From: Candidatus Eiseniibacteriota bacterium
GTDB taxonomy: Bacteria > Eisenbacteria > RBG-16-71-46
DNA: 64,000 bases
Direction: 5' to 3'
Assembly: GCA_963776245.1 (NCBI GenBank)
Contig: CAVZLN010000009.1
Span: 192,001-256,000, forward strand
Shown: positions 1-12,477 of the stretch, one piece after another
Layout of the letters: each line of letters begins with the position of its first letter
Position numbering within the stretch: the stretch's first letter is position 1
Made by a program: the position numbers and the translations under genes
The notes under the pieces: model-generated
What the model was told of the DNA's origin: nothing
Database searches by the model: none
What the model saw: only the letters and a program-made list of their open reading frames with translations

Positions 1-106
<106 letters not shown>

Positions 107-1396
107 TCAGACATCGAGCAGCATGCGCCCGGGATCCTCGAGGCGCTCCTTCACCTTCACCAGGAAGGTGACCGACTGCTCGCCGTCCACCACGCGGTGG
201 TCGTAGGACAGCGCCACGTACATCATCGGGCGGATCAGCACCTGGTCGCCGAGGGCGATCGGACGCTTCTCGATCTTGTGCATGCCGAGGATGCCGCTCT
301 GCGGCGGATTGAGGATGGGAGTCGAGAGCAGGCTGCCGTACACCCCGCCATTCGAGATCGTGAACGTGCCCCCCATGAGCTCGTCGAGCGTGATGCTGCC
401 GTCTCTCGCGCGCGCGGCGAGGCGCGCGATCTCGCGCTCGATGCCCGCCAGGCCGAGGGTGTCGGCGCGCCGGACCACCGGCACCACCAGTCCCCGGTCG
501 GTCCCGACCGCCACCCCCAGGTGCACGTGGCGGTGGTAGACCAGGTCGGTGCCGCGGATCTCGGCGTTGATCTCCGGGACCTCGCCGAGCGCCAGCACGC
601 AGGCACGGGTGAAGAAGCCCATCAGGCCCAGCCGCACGCCGTGGCGCTTCTCGAAGGACTCCCGGTGGCGGGCGCGCAGGTCGAGCACCGCGCTCATGTC
701 GATCTCGTTGAACGTGGTGAGGATCGCCGCGGTCTGCTGGGCCTTCACCAGCCGCTCGGCGATGCGCTGGCGGATGCGGGTCATGGGCACCACGCGCTCG
801 TCCTCGGGGGCGAGCGCGTCGCTCGCGCCGGGCGGGGGCGCGGCCGCGGAAGCGGGCTCGGCCGCCGACGACCCGCGGGGAGCGGACGCCGCAGCCGCGG
901 CCGGCGCGGCGGGCCCGCCTGCGGCGGCGCGCAGCGCGTCCTCCTTGAGCACCCGGCCGCCCCAGCCGGTCGCCTCGACGCGCGACAGGTCGAGCCCGCG
1001 TTCGGCGGCGATGCGTCGCACCGACGGTCCATGCGGCGGATCGGCCGCCGGCGGGATCGCGGGCGCCACCCGGGCCACGGCAGCCGGTGCGGCGACGGGC
1101 ATTTCCGGCGCGCCGGACGGCCCGGGCGACGGCGGCGTGGCCGTGGCGCGGGCGGGGGCCGCGCCCGGTTCGATGCGCGCGAGCACGTCGTTCACCTGGA
1201 CCGTCTCGCCGACCTGGCGCGCGTGGCGCAGCACGCCGCTCTCATCGGCGGGGATCTCCACCGCGGCCTTGTCGGTCTCGAGCGTGGCCACCGCCTCGCC
1301 GGTGCGCACCTCGGCGCCATCCGGCTTGAGCCACTCCACCAGCACCGCCTCCGAGATGGACTCGGCGAGGCGCGGGACCTTGACATCGACGCTCAT
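107..1396 (-). CDS. sucB: 2-oxoglutarate dehydrogenase E2, dihydrolipoamide succinyltransferase
   Basis: Starts [17 protein letters not shown]; lipoyl motif ETDKA; catalytic [12 protein letters not shown] overlap with sucA. Confidence 0.95.
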   Translation of the reverse strand: MSVDVKVPRLAESISEAVLVEWLKPDGAEVRTGEAVATLETDKAAVEIPADESGVLRHARQVGETVQVNDVLARIEPGAAPARATATPPSPGPSGAPEMPVAAPAAVARVAPAIPPAADPPHGPSVRRIAAERGLDLSRVEATGWGGRVLKEDALRAAAGGPAAPAAAAASAPRGSSAAEPASAAAPPPGASDALAPEDERVVPMTRIRQRIAERLVKAQQTAAILTTFNEIDMSAVLDLRARHRESFEKRHGVRLGLMGFFTRACVLALGEVPEINAEIRGTDLVYHRHVHLGVAVGTDRGLVVPVVRRADTLGLAGIEREIARLAARARDGSITLDELMGGTFTISNGGVYGSLLSTPILNPPQSGILGMHKIEKRPIALGDQVLIRPMMYVALSYDHRVVDGEQSVTFLVKVKERLEDPGRMLLDV

Positions 1397-4179
1397 CGCG
1401 CCCCTCCGGGCCGGGTCGCGGCGGCCGCGGCTCCCGGCCGCGGCACGGGCGGCGCCTTCGGGTCCACGTCTGCGGCGAACGCTTCCACGATCAGCTCCTT
1501 CTCCTGCTCGACGTGCATGTGGTAGTAGCCGGTGGCCGGCGTCGACGCCTCGCCACGCGCGACCACCCGCAGAGCCACTCCCATGGGAAGCACCTCCTCG
1601 ATGCGGTGGCGCAGATGCCGCCACGCGCCCATGTTCACCGGCTCCTCCTGGACCCAGCAGGCGTCGCGCGCCCGATCGTAGCGCGCGAACGCGGCGGCCA
1701 GCTCCTGGGCCGGGAACGGATAGAGCTGCTCGACGCGCACGATGGCGACGTCGGGCCGCGGCCGTGCCACCCGCTCCTCCAGCAGCGCATAGTAGAGCCT
1801 TCCCGTGGTGAGGAGCACGCTTCGCACCGCCCCCGGCTCGGCCGGCGCGTCGTCGAGCACCGGGCGGAACCCCCCGGTGGACAGCGCCGCGGCCGGCGAT
1901 ACCGCCAGCTTGTGCCGCAGCAGGCTCTTGGGACTCATGATGACGAGCGGCTTGCGGAAGCGGCGCCGCTGCTGGCGCCGCAGGGCGTGGAACAGCTGCG
2001 CGGGAGTGGTGAGGTTGCACACCTGCATGTTGCCCTGCGCGCACAGCTCGAGGAAGCGCTCGAGGCGCGCGCTCGAGTGCTCGGGCCCCTGCCCCTCGTA
2101 GCCGTGCGGCAGCAGCAGCGTGAGCCCGGACATGCGGCGCCACTTGGATTCCGCGCTCGCCAGGAACTGGTCGATGTACACCTGCGCGACGTTGGCGAAA
2201 TCGCCGAACTGCGCCTCCCAGATCGTGAGCGTGTGCGGATCGGCGGTGCTGTAACCGTACTCGAAGCCGAGCACCGCGGCCTCGCTCAGCATGGTGTCGA
2301 TCACGTCGAACCGCCCCTGGTCCTCCGCCAGGTGCTGCAGCGGCACGTGGAGCGAGCCGTCCTCGACGTCGTGCCACACCGCGTGCCGGTGGCTGAAGGT
2401 CCCGCGCCCCGCGTCCTGCCCGGTGAGCCGGACATTGCGTCCCTCGATCAGGAGCGAGCCGAGCGCGAGCGCCTCGGCACAGCCCCAGTCGACGCGGTCC
2501 TCGGCCAGCATGCGGACGCGCTCCTGATAGAGCTTCGCCACCTTCGGGTGCGGATGGAATCCGTCGGGCACGCGCATCGCGGCGTCCGCGACCTGCTCGA
2601 GGAGCTGGCGCGGCACCGCGGTCTGCGCGCCCCAGTCCTCGCCGGCCCAGTCGAGCCCGTTCCACGCGCCGCCGAGCGGCACCTCGCCGTGCGGCTTGGC
2701 CTCGGTGCGGGTGCGCCGGTGCGCCGCCGCCAGGGTCTCGGCGATGTCCTGTTCGAGTTGCGCCAGCGCCGCGTCGCCGAGCACGCCCTCGCCCACCAGC
2801 CGCTCGGCGTACCGGCGCGACGCCGGCACGTGGCCGGCGATCCTCCGGTACATCACCGGCTGGGTGAACGTCGGGTCATCCATCTCATTGTGCCCGTGCC
2901 GGCGGTAGCACACCAGGTGCACGAACACGTCCTGCCGGAACCGGGCGCGGTACTCGAGGGCGATCGCGACCGCGTGCACCGCGGCCTCGGGATCGTCCCC
3001 GTTCACGTGCAGCACCGGCGCATCCACCACCCGCGCGATGTCGGTGGGATAGCGCCCGGTGCGGGAGTCGTGCGGCGAGGTGGTGAAGCCCACCTGGTTG
3101 TCCACGATCAGGTGCAGGGTGCCGCCGGTCCGATAGGCCGGCAACTGCGCCAGCGCGATGGTCTCGGGGACGATGCCCTCGCCCGACATCGCCGCGTCGC
3201 CATGGATGAGCACCGGGATGCCGCGGTCCCCGGCGAGATCGCGCATGTACACCTGCCGGGCGCGCACCGAGCCCAGCACCACCGGATTCACGAACTCGAG
3301 ATGGCTGGGATTGAAATTGAGGTCGAGGTGGATGCTGCGGCCCGAGCGCGCCCGGTGCAGCGAGGAGTACCCCATGTGGTACTTCACGTCCCCGTGCCCC
3401 TGGATCTCCTCCGGGAGGTAGGTGGACTCGAACTCGCTGAAGATGTTCTCGAGCGGCTTGTGGAGGATGTTCGCGAGCACGTTGAGCCGCCCGCGGTGGG
3501 GCATGCCGAGCACGAGCTGCTCCACCCCGAGCGCGGCGGCGTCCTCGATCAGCGTCCCGAGCATCGGGATGAGCGTGGCGCCGCCTTCGAGCGAGAAGCG
3601 CTTCTGCCCGACGTAGCGGGTGTGCAGGAACTGCTCGAAGGCGTCCGCCATCAGCAGAGAGCGCAGGATGCGCATCCGTTCCTCGGGAGCCAGCGCGGGC
3701 TTCCCGCGCGAGGTCTCCATGCGCTCCTGCAGCCAGTCGCGGCGCGCCTTGTCCGCGATGTCCATGGACTCGAGGGCGAGCGTGCCGCAGTAGGTCTCGC
3801 GCAGCGCGAGGATCAGGGCGCGGAGCGTGCCCTGGAACCCGCCGCGGAACGGCTCGGGGTCCGCCGGGCGGTCGAGGTCGGCCTCGGTCAGGCCGAAGTT
3901 GGCAAGCTCGAGCAGCGGGTGCTCGGTCGGGTTCACGCCCAGCGGGTCGAGCTGGGCCACCCAGTGGCCGAACTCGCGGTAGGCGGCCACCAGTCCGAAC
4001 ACCCCGCCGGCAGGCCCCCCGGCGCGCGGGGCGCGGGCGGGATCCTGAGCGAGTTCGAAGCCGGCGAAGAACAGCCCCCAATCCTCGGGCACCGAGCCGG
4101 GATCCTGGCGGAAACGCCGGTACTGCTCCTCGATGAAGCCGGCATTGGCGCGCTGGATGAAGTCGTACCTCGGCGGCAT
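1393..4179 (-). CDS. sucA: 2-oxoglutarate dehydrogenase E1
   Basis: Motifs [27 protein letters not shown] (TPP binding), [20 protein letters not shown]. Confidence 0.96.
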   Translation of the reverse strand: MPPRYDFIQRANAGFIEEQYRRFRQDPGSVPEDWGLFFAGFELAQDPARAPRAGGPAGGVFGLVAAYREFGHWVAQLDPLGVNPTEHPLLELANFGLTEADLDRPADPEPFRGGFQGTLRALILALRETYCGTLALESMDIADKARRDWLQERMETSRGKPALAPEERMRILRSLLMADAFEQFLHTRYVGQKRFSLEGGATLIPMLGTLIEDAAALGVEQLVLGMPHRGRLNVLANILHKPLENIFSEFESTYLPEEIQGHGDVKYHMGYSSLHRARSGRSIHLDLNFNPSHLEFVNPVVLGSVRARQVYMRDLAGDRGIPVLIHGDAAMSGEGIVPETIALAQLPAYRTGGTLHLIVDNQVGFTTSPHDSRTGRYPTDIARVVDAPVLHVNGDDPEAAVHAVAIALEYRARFRQDVFVHLVCYRRHGHNEMDDPTFTQPVMYRRIAGHVPASRRYAERLVGEGVLGDAALAQLEQDIAETLAAAHRRTRTEAKPHGEVPLGGAWNGLDWAGEDWGAQTAVPRQLLEQVADAAMRVPDGFHPHPKVAKLYQERVRMLAEDRVDWGCAEALALGSLLIEGRNVRLTGQDAGRGTFSHRHAVWHDVEDGSLHVPLQHLAEDQGRFDVIDTMLSEAAVLGFEYGYSTADPHTLTIWEAQFGDFANVAQVYIDQFLASAESKWRRMSGLTLLLPHGYEGQGPEHSSARLERFLELCAQGNMQVCNLTTPAQLFHALRRQQRRRFRKPLVIMSPKSLLRHKLAVSPAAALSTGGFRPVLDDAPAEPGAVRSVLLTTGRLYYALLEERVARPRPDVAIVRVEQLYPFPAQELAAAFARYDRARDACWVQEEPVNMGAWRHLRHRIEEVLPMGVALRVVARGEASTPATGYYHMHVEQEKELIVEAFAADVDPKAPPVPRPGAAAAATRPGGAR

Positions 4180-4358
4180 CCGCTCCTCGTGGGCGTTCGA
4201 AGACCCCGCGGAGCTGCCCTGCCCGCGGGTCGCGCGACCTCGTCGTTGAGGCGGCGGAGACTAGCACGAACATGCGGGCGCTGCCGACCGACCCGGGCCC
4301 TCCCCCGGCGTCTCCGAGGTTGTGATCGGGCCCGCGCCTCCCTATGCTCGGCCGCTCC

Positions 4359-5307
<949 letters not shown>

Positions 5308-5315
<8 letters not shown>

Positions 5316-6378
5316 CCCCGCGCGCGGCGCGCGAACGCGGTTCGAGCGCAACGCGCTCGCCCAGCTGACCTGGGTGCGCATCCTGGGCTTCCTGCGCGAG
5401 CCCGAGGCGCTGTTCTGGGTGTTCGCGTTCCCGTTGCTGATGGCGCTCGCGCTCGGCATCGCGTTCCGCCAGCAGGGGCCCCAGCGGAGCCGCGTGGGTG
5501 TCGAGCAGGGCGCCGGCGCCGGGGCGATCGCGCGCGCGCTCGCCGCCTCGCCCGATCTCGAGGTGGTCACGCTGCCGAGCGCCGCGGCCGAGCGCGCGCT
5601 GGCGCGCGGGCGCATCGCGGTGCTGGTGCGCCGGGCCTCCTCCGGCGCCCCGTTGCTGGTGTACGACCCGCAGCGCCCGGAGACCCGGCTCGCCCATCTC
5701 GCGGCGCTCGACGCGCTCGAGCGCGCGGCGGGCCGCGCCGACCGCCTGCAGGCGCGTGAGGATATCCGGCCCCGACCGGGTGGGCGTTACATCGACTTCC
5801 TGATCCCGGGACTGATCGGGCTCAATCTGCTGGGCACCGGCATGTGGGGGGTCGGGTTCGCGATCGCCAACGCCCGCCAGCAGCACCTGCTCAAGCGCAT
5901 GATCGCGACCCCGATGCGCAGGAGCGACTACCTGCTGGCGATGGTGCTCGGGCGCATGGTGTGGCTGGTGCCCGAGGTGGTCGCGCTGCTGGGATTCGGC
6001 ATCCTCGCCTTCGGCGTCGAGGTGCGCGGCTCGTGGACGGCGTTCGCGCTCGTGACCGTGGTCGGCGCGCTCGCGTTCTCGGCCCTCGGACTGATGGTGG
6101 CGAGCCGCGCGCGCACCGTCGAGGCGGTCTCGGGGCTCATGAACGTCGTCATGCTCCCGATGTGGATGCTCTCGGGCTCGTTCTTCTCGTCCGAGCGCTT
6201 CCCGGCGGTGATGCAGCCGTTCGTGAAGGCGCTCCCGCTCACGCTCGCGAACGACGCGCTGCGCGCGATCGCCAACGAGGGTGCCGGGCTGGCCGCGGTG
6301 GCGCCCCAGCTGGCGGCGCTCGCGGCCTGGGGCGTGGTGACGTTCGTGATCGCGGTGCGCATCTTCCGCTGGGAATGA
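5308..6378 (+). CDS. ABC-2 type transporter permease
   Basis: Multiple hydrophobic segments, REPEALFW start, C-terminal IFRWE; overlaps the ATPase gene. Confidence 0.88.
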
Positions 6379-6462
6379 CGCGCGGGGCCCGCGCCCTCCG
6401 TCATCCGCGGCGGGCGCGGGGATGCTCCCCCACCGGGCCTCGCCCCCCGCGCCCCGCGCGCG

Positions 6463-6864
6463 TCAGACGGCGCTACCGCAGTGCTTGCACTTCTTGGCCG
6501 CCACGGCGACCGGCTCGAGGCATTCGGGACAGGTCTTGGTCGGGGCCGCGGCCGGCACCGGCTCGGGCCTGAGCATCGCCTTGGTGATCAGGAACACGCA
6601 CAGCGCGATGATCACGAAGTCCACCACCGCGCCGATGAAGGAGCCGACACTGAGTGCCGCGCCCACGGTGCCGTCGGCCTTGTGGGTGAGCGCGATCTTG
6701 AGCTCGCGCCACTCGCCGCTCGGGATGGCGATCCCGATGAGGGGCATCAGCAGGTCCCCCACCAGCGACGACACCACCTTGCCCACGGCCCCGCCGATGA
6801 TGACACCGACCGCGAGCCCGAGCGCGTTGGTCTTGAGCAGGAACGACTTGAATTCCTTCACCAT
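6463..6864 (-). CDS. mscL: Large-conductance mechanosensitive channel with a C-terminal CxxC...CxxC extension
   Basis: MVKEFKSFLLKTNALGLAVGVIIGGAVGKVVSSLVGDLLMP; tail CPECLEPVAVAAKKCKHC. Confidence 0.9.
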   Translation of the reverse strand: MVKEFKSFLLKTNALGLAVGVIIGGAVGKVVSSLVGDLLMPLIGIAIPSGEWRELKIALTHKADGTVGAALSVGSFIGAVVDFVIIALCVFLITKAMLRPEPVPAAAPTKTCPECLEPVAVAAKKCKHCGSAV

Positions 6865-6908
6865 CTGAACCTCCGTGTCCGCAGGTCGTGACGGTCGGAT
6901 GGGGACGA

Positions 6909-7337
6909 TCAGCCCAGCAGGGTGGCCTCGAGTGTGATCTTCGCGTTGAGGAGCCGCGAGATCGGGCAGCTGGTCTTGGCGACCGAGGCCGCCTCGTCGA
7001 ACTTCGCGCGGTCGGCGCCCGGGATCCTCGCCACCAGCACCAGGTGGCTGGACGTCACGGTGAAGCCCGCCGCCGTCTTCTCCATCCCGACGCGGGCGGT
7101 CACGCTCAGGCTCTCGGCGGTCAGGCCGCGCTCGCCCAGCTGCCCGGAGAGCGCCATCGCGAAGCAGCCGGCGTGCGCGGCGGCGATCAGCTCCTCGGGA
7201 TTGGTGCCCTTGCCGTCCTCGAACCGGTCGCGGAACGAGTACGGGGTGTCCTTGAAGATGCCGCTGGCGGAGGCGAGCGTGCCCTTGCCGTCTCGCAGCC
7301 CGCCCTTCCAGACCGCCGTCGCCTGGCGCTCGATCAT
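6909..7337 (-). CDS. osmC: OsmC family peroxiredoxin
   Basis: GTNPEELIAAAHAGCFAMAL and AKTSCPISR (two catalytic Cys). Confidence 0.92.
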   Translation of the reverse strand: MIERQATAVWKGGLRDGKGTLASASGIFKDTPYSFRDRFEDGKGTNPEELIAAAHAGCFAMALSGQLGERGLTAESLSVTARVGMEKTAAGFTVTSSHLVLVARIPGADRAKFDEAASVAKTSCPISRLLNAKITLEATLLG

Positions 7338-7388
7338 GAGACCTCCCCTTCGATCGTGTGGATGGGACGAACTTGCCCGCGCGACCGC

Positions 7389-7958
7389 CTACGGCGCGCG
7401 GTAGTAGGGATTGGTGCCGCCCGCGTGGTCGGTGTTGTCGAGGACCTCGCGGATCGACGGCACCGCCTCGCGGATGCGCACCGCGACGCCCTGCTTGAGG
7501 GTGGTGTCCACCATGCCGCATCCCTGGCAGCCGCCGCCGAACTGGATGTAGGCCACCCCGTCCTTCACGTCGAGCAGCGTGACGTATCCGCCGTGACCGC
7601 CCACCGCGGGATTGACCTCCTCGTCGATCACCTTCTGCACCGCCTGCGCGTCCGGGTCGCGCCAGATCGGATTCGGGTTGTCGATCCGGAAGCCGCTCTC
7701 CACCGGGGTCTCGACGTAGTCGATGGTGGTCCCCTTCAGGTCGGGACCGCTCGCCGCGTCCACCAGCACCTGGAAGGGCCCCGCGTCCACCACGGTGTCG
7801 TCCGGGGCGCGCTCGGTGGCGTCCACGAAACCGAGGCGGTACTGGAACCCGCCCCGTCCACGCCCGGTGACGCCGATCCGCAGCGCCTGCCCGGGCTTGC
7901 CTTCGCTCTGCATCAACTCGGCGATCTTTCCGACCGCGAGCTCGGTGATGACGATCAT
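7389..7958 (-). CDS. nfuA: Fe-S biogenesis protein NfuA (degenerate A-type domain plus NifU-C domain)
   Basis: MIVITELAVGKI start; GFRIDNPN; VNPAVGGHGG; FGGGCQGC; DNTDHAGGTNPYY. Confidence 0.88.
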   Translation of the reverse strand: MIVITELAVGKIAELMQSEGKPGQALRIGVTGRGRGGFQYRLGFVDATERAPDDTVVDAGPFQVLVDAASGPDLKGTTIDYVETPVESGFRIDNPNPIWRDPDAQAVQKVIDEEVNPAVGGHGGYVTLLDVKDGVAYIQFGGGCQGCGMVDTTLKQGVAVRIREAVPSIREVLDNTDHAGGTNPYYRAP

Positions 7959-8309
7959 GTCGGGACTCTCCTGGGTATCCGGGCCATGGATGCGCGAACA
8001 CCGCCGCACCCGGGCCTTGGATGCGCAAATTAGCCGCGCGTCGCACCCCGCCGCAAGCGCCGCCCGGGTCCGGGACCGCCCGGGGCGGACCGGACGGCCC
8101 CGGCGCGGGCGCGGCCGGTGCCCCGGCGGGCCGTCCGCCGCGCCCCGGCGGGGGCCGCGCTCCCCGCGCTGGTGAGAATCCAGCCCGGAGCCGATACCCC
8201 GGGGTTGAACGGCGAGGCCCCGGCCTTCACCATGCCCGCGGTCTGCATCACCCAGCAGCACGGTCGGCGGACGGAGCCGGCCGCCTCACGCCATGGAGGG
8301 TCCCCGATC

Positions 8310-10181
8310 GTGACCGAGCAGCCCGACGGCAGGACGCCCGAGCAGATCGAGCGCGACTGGTTCGAGCACGTCTACACCGGCCGCGGCGACACCATGCGCC
8401 AGCTCACCCCGCGCGCCCTCATCATGGGAGCCCTGCTCGGCTGCGTGATGTCGCTGACCAACCTCTACATCGGACTCAAGACCGGCTGGGCGCTCGGGGT
8501 CGCGATCACGGCCTGCATCCTCTCGTTCTCCATCTGGCGCTCGCTGCGCACGCTCGCGCCGTTCCTGGTGCGCAGCGATTTCACCATCCTCGAGAACAAC
8601 TGCATGCAGTCCACCGCGACGGCCGCCGGGTACTCGGTCGGCGGCACCATGGTCTCCGCGATCGCGGCGATGCTCATGCTCACCGGCCGGCAGATGGACT
8701 TCTGGGTGCTGCTGGGCTGGAACGTCCTGCTCGCGGTGCTGGGCGTGGTGATGGCGGTGCCGCTCAAGCGCCAGATGATCAACGTCGAGCAGCTGCGTTT
8801 CCCCGACGGCACCGCCGCGGCCGAGACCCTCAAGAGCCTGCACGCCACCGGCGGTGAGGCGGTGAAGAAGGCGCGCGCGCTCACGGTCGCGGGCGTGTCG
8901 GGCGCGGCGGTGGCCTGGCTGCGCGACGCCACGTTCCGCTTCATGCCCTGGAACATGCCCGCGGAGCTGCCGTTCGGAGGGTTCACCGCCGGCGGCATCC
9001 CGCTCGCCCAGCTCACCCTCAAGTGGGACATGGGGCTGGTGATGATGGCGGCGGGCGCCATCGCCGGGTTCCGCGTCGGCTGGAGCATGCTGCTCGGCGC
9101 GGTCATCAACTACGCGGTGCTCGCCCCGATCATGATCCACCGCGGCGACATCGCGGTGCTCCACGCGGGCGCGACCATCGGCTTCCGCGACATCACGCGC
9201 TGGTCGCTGTGGATCGGCGCCTCGATGATGGTGGTCTCGAGCCTGGTCTCGCTCGCGTTCCACGGCCGGACCATCGGGCGCGCGCTGGCGGGGCTCGGCG
9301 GCGCGTTCGGGCGGCGGCCCGCCGCCGCCGACGATCCGATGAAGGCGATCGAGGTCCCGGCCTCATGGGTGGCCTTCGGGTTCATCACCGCGGGCGCGGG
9401 CGTGGTGTGGATGCTGCACCACGTCTGGCACGTGACCTGGTGGATGGGCGTGATCGCGGTGCTGCTCACCTGGGTGCTGTCGGTGGTGGCGTGCCGCGCC
9501 ACCGGCGAGACCAACACCACGCCCACCGGGGCGCTCGGCAAGGTCACGCAGCTCACCTACGGCGTGCTCGCGCCCTCGAACATGACCACCAACCTCATGA
9601 ATGCGTCGGTCACGGCCAACGCCGCCGGGTGTGCCGCCGACCTGCTGACCGATCTCAAGAGCGGCTACCTGCTCGGCGCCAATCCGCGCCAGCAATTCAT
9701 CGCCCAGGTGGCCGGCATACTCCCCGGCGCGATCGTCGTGGGTCTCGCCTGGAACATCCTGGTGCCGAACGCCGCGGCGCTCGGCGGCGACCGTTTTCCC
9801 GCCCCCGCCGCGCAGGTGTGGAAGGGCGTCGCCGAACTGCTCTCGAACGGCGTCGGCATGTTGCCGGTGAGCGCGCGCTGGGGCGCGCTGGCCGGCGCGC
9901 TGATCGGGCTCGCGCTCCCGCTCACCGAGCGTGCGTTCCCGCGGGCGAAGAAGTTCATCCCGTCGCCCACCGGGCTCGGCCTCGCGTTCGTGATGCAGGG
10001 CTTCAACGCCATCTCGATGTTCGCGGGCGCGGCGATCGCGCTGGGGATCGAGAAGGCCCGCCCCCGGACGGCCGAGACCTACGTGATCCCGGTGGCCTCG
10101 GGCGTGATCGCCGGCGAGAGCATCATGGCGATCATCATCATCGTGATGCAGAACGTGCTGCCGGGGTGGGTGCGGCCCTAG
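8310..10181 (+). CDS. OPT family oligopeptide transporter
   Basis: QLTPRAL, NLYIGLKTGW, LENNCMQS, DLKSGYLLGANPR, PAPAAQVW; GTG start 9 nt after GGAGGG. Confidence 0.88.
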   Translation: MTEQPDGRTPEQIERDWFEHVYTGRGDTMRQLTPRALIMGALLGCVMSLTNLYIGLKTGWALGVAITACILSFSIWRSLRTLAPFLVRSDFTILENNCMQSTATAAGYSVGGTMVSAIAAMLMLTGRQMDFWVLLGWNVLLAVLGVVMAVPLKRQMINVEQLRFPDGTAAAETLKSLHATGGEAVKKARALTVAGVSGAAVAWLRDATFRFMPWNMPAELPFGGFTAGGIPLAQLTLKWDMGLVMMAAGAIAGFRVGWSMLLGAVINYAVLAPIMIHRGDIAVLHAGATIGFRDITRWSLWIGASMMVVSSLVSLAFHGRTIGRALAGLGGAFGRRPAAADDPMKAIEVPASWVAFGFITAGAGVVWMLHHVWHVTWWMGVIAVLLTWVLSVVACRATGETNTTPTGALGKVTQLTYGVLAPSNMTTNLMNASVTANAAGCAADLLTDLKSGYLLGANPRQQFIAQVAGILPGAIVVGLAWNILVPNAAALGGDRFPAPAAQVWKGVAELLSNGVGMLPVSARWGALAGALIGLALPLTERAFPRAKKFIPSPTGLGLAFVMQGFNAISMFAGAAIALGIEKARPRTAETYVIPVASGVIAGESIMAIIIIVMQNVLPGWVRP

Positions 10182-10206
10182 GCCGCGCGCGCTCCCGCCC
10201 CGCGGC

Positions 10207-12216
10207 TCAACGTGATGCGCCCGCCCGGGGTGCCACGCGATACAGCCGGTAGCCAGCGTTCTCGAACACCTGCACGAACGCCGGCGCCGTCCGCTCGCCC
10301 AGCATCAGGCGCATGAGCGGGCGCTCCAGGTCCGCCGCTTCGAGCGGCAGGCCCCGCTCGAGCCGCGACAGGAACGGCGGCTGGACCACCAGGGCCATGC
10401 CATAGAGCGCGTTCCCGGGCGGCACGAGCAGGAAGCCGACCCGGTCCCGGCGGCACACCTCCAGAAGTCCGGTGTCCCCATCGGCGAACAGCACCGAGTC
10501 GATCTCGGCGATCCGGCGGAGGTTCACGGGGCTCTCGAACAGACCGTCGGTCAGTGAGGCGCACCCGGCGTGGCGCTGCAGATCGTATCCGTAGTCGACC
10601 GGGGCGAGCACCACCGTCCCGGGGGCCGCATGGGACCGCAGCCAGGCCATGCAGGCGTCCTCTCCCGGGATCAGGCGCGAGGTGCGCGAGAGCCCGAGCG
10701 CCACCCCGCACACCGAGGTCGCGACGAAGCTCGCCGCCAGCAGCGCGGTCAGGGCGGCGACCAGCGCGGTCGATGGCGCGCGGGTGCCACCGCCCCCGTC
10801 GCGCGTGGAGCGCCGCGCACGAGCCGGGCGCGCCGATGGTATGTCGCGTCCCCTGCCCGCGGGGCGCGCTCGACGGAGCGCGGCGAACAGCCCGGCGCAC
10901 ACGATCGCCACCAGGGGCGCGAGCAGCACCTTGTTCCGCAGCATGAGGAAAGTGAGCAGCGCCAGGCACGCGGTCATGTAAGCGAGCAGCGCGTGTGCCG
11001 ATCCCGGCATCGACCGCGGGTCGCCGCCCTGTCCGCGGTCGAGCCAGCGGAACAGGAGCGGCGCCACGAGGCACCACGGCCCGAGCGCCAGGAACTGCTG
11101 GGGCCCCACGAGAAGCGCGAGCGGCGTCAGCGCGTAGAGTTCCTCGACCTGATAGAGCAGGGACGTCAGCGGCGTCGGAGGAGGACCGGCTGCGGTCCAC
11201 GGGGAGACGAGCTGGCCGAGCTTGAACCAGAGCAGTTCGAGGGCACCTCCGTAGGGAGAGGGCGGCGCCAACCCGCTGCCCCCCAGCCATCCGAGCGCGA
11301 GCGCGGACGCGAGCACGGCGACGCGCATGCCGCGGGGACGCTCGGGCGCGAGAGCCGGGAGGAACAGCGCGAGCGCGACGGCGACGGTCGCGAACCAAGC
11401 GGGCGAGAGCACGAACCGCTGGGCGTGCAGGTACTCGATGGCCGGGGACGCCAGCAGGACCGCGGCGATCCCGATCGCGAACCACTCGCGGAGAGCCCGG
11501 CGCGCTCCGCTCCACGCCGCGACGATGGCGACGAACCCGGTCTCGAGCAGGGGGACCATCAGGGGCACCCGCCACACCGTGATCGCCGCGACCAGTGCCA
11601 GCGCCGAGAGGATCGAATCGAGCCGGCGGCGCGCCACGGGCTCCGCCAGCGCGCGGAACGCGAACGCGAGGTGGGTGGTGACCAGCAGCGTGCCGATCGC
11701 GTCGTAGCGCACCCAGTAGCACACCGTGCGGTGCACATGCGCGGGCATCAGGGCGGCCAGCGCCGCCGCGATCAGCGCCGCGCCCGCGTGGGGGTAGAGC
11801 GCGCGCGCCGCGACCCAGACCGGCAGCGCGATCAGCGCACCGGCGACGGCGGTGAGCCACAGCAGGAGCCGGTGGACTCCCGCCTCGTCGCGGGCGCCGG
11901 TCAGGTGGCACGCGGCGGCGGCGATCGAGTAGAGCCCCTGCGGAAGCAGCGGACCGATCCGCCGGCCCGCGGGTGCCTCGCTGAACCGATCGGGGGACGG
12001 CAGGCGGCCCTCCCGCACCAGCGCCAGCACCAGCCGTTCGTGGTAGGCGGCGTCCGACTTGAGCTGCAGTCCGGGGTCCTCGAACCAGGGCGCCATCCGC
12101 ACCGCGGTGCCACAGACGATCACGGCGACCAGGACTGCAAGCGTGACGAGCGCGCCCCGGTGCGGGGTGGCGGAGGACCCGGAAGGGCGTGCGGGTGCGG
12201 CTGAGCGGAGTGCCAT
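10207..12216 (-). CDS. STT3/AglB/PglB-like GT-C membrane glycosyltransferase with divergent motifs
   Basis: SDAAYHER near the N-terminus, HVHRT..Y..RYD, QVEE, many TM segments, and a C-terminal soluble domain WLRSH...VLAPVDYGY. Confidence 0.65.
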   Translation of the reverse strand: MALRSAAPARPSGSSATPHRGALVTLAVLVAVIVCGTAVRMAPWFEDPGLQLKSDAAYHERLVLALVREGRLPSPDRFSEAPAGRRIGPLLPQGLYSIAAAACHLTGARDEAGVHRLLLWLTAVAGALIALPVWVAARALYPHAGAALIAAALAALMPAHVHRTVCYWVRYDAIGTLLVTTHLAFAFRALAEPVARRRLDSILSALALVAAITVWRVPLMVPLLETGFVAIVAAWSGARRALREWFAIGIAAVLLASPAIEYLHAQRFVLSPAWFATVAVALALFLPALAPERPRGMRVAVLASALALGWLGGSGLAPPSPYGGALELLWFKLGQLVSPWTAAGPPPTPLTSLLYQVEELYALTPLALLVGPQQFLALGPWCLVAPLLFRWLDRGQGGDPRSMPGSAHALLAYMTACLALLTFLMLRNKVLLAPLVAIVCAGLFAALRRARPAGRGRDIPSARPARARRSTRDGGGGTRAPSTALVAALTALLAASFVATSVCGVALGLSRTSRLIPGEDACMAWLRSHAAPGTVVLAPVDYGYDLQRHAGCASLTDGLFESPVNLRRIAEIDSVLFADGDTGLLEVCRRDRVGFLLVPPGNALYGMALVVQPPFLSRLERGLPLEAADLERPLMRLMLGERTAPAFVQVFENAGYRLYRVAPRAGASR

Positions 12217-12477
12217 GGGAGAGGAGGTGGGGCTGGCACCCCTGCACGCACCGTGGCGAAGCTCTCGCCGCGGTGTCCGTGCACGAAGGCGCACGCATGG
12301 ACGATACAAGGATTCGCGCGCCGGTTCCAAGGCGACGCGCCCGCCTGCCGACTCGGAGCGAGGCACGCGAGACCGACGCGCCGTGTCACGCCCTCCGAGA
12401 CTGGGTAGTATCACGCGCACCGGCACCGCTGGGTGCCGAGTCATGGTCGCGATCCGACGAACTCCTGGGGAGCACGC

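Noticed and set aside
8040..8170. GC-only inverted repeats between nfuA and the OPT gene as a terminator or riboswitch
   Set aside because: Low-complexity GC sequence between divergent genes, with no U-tract or recognisable aptamer.
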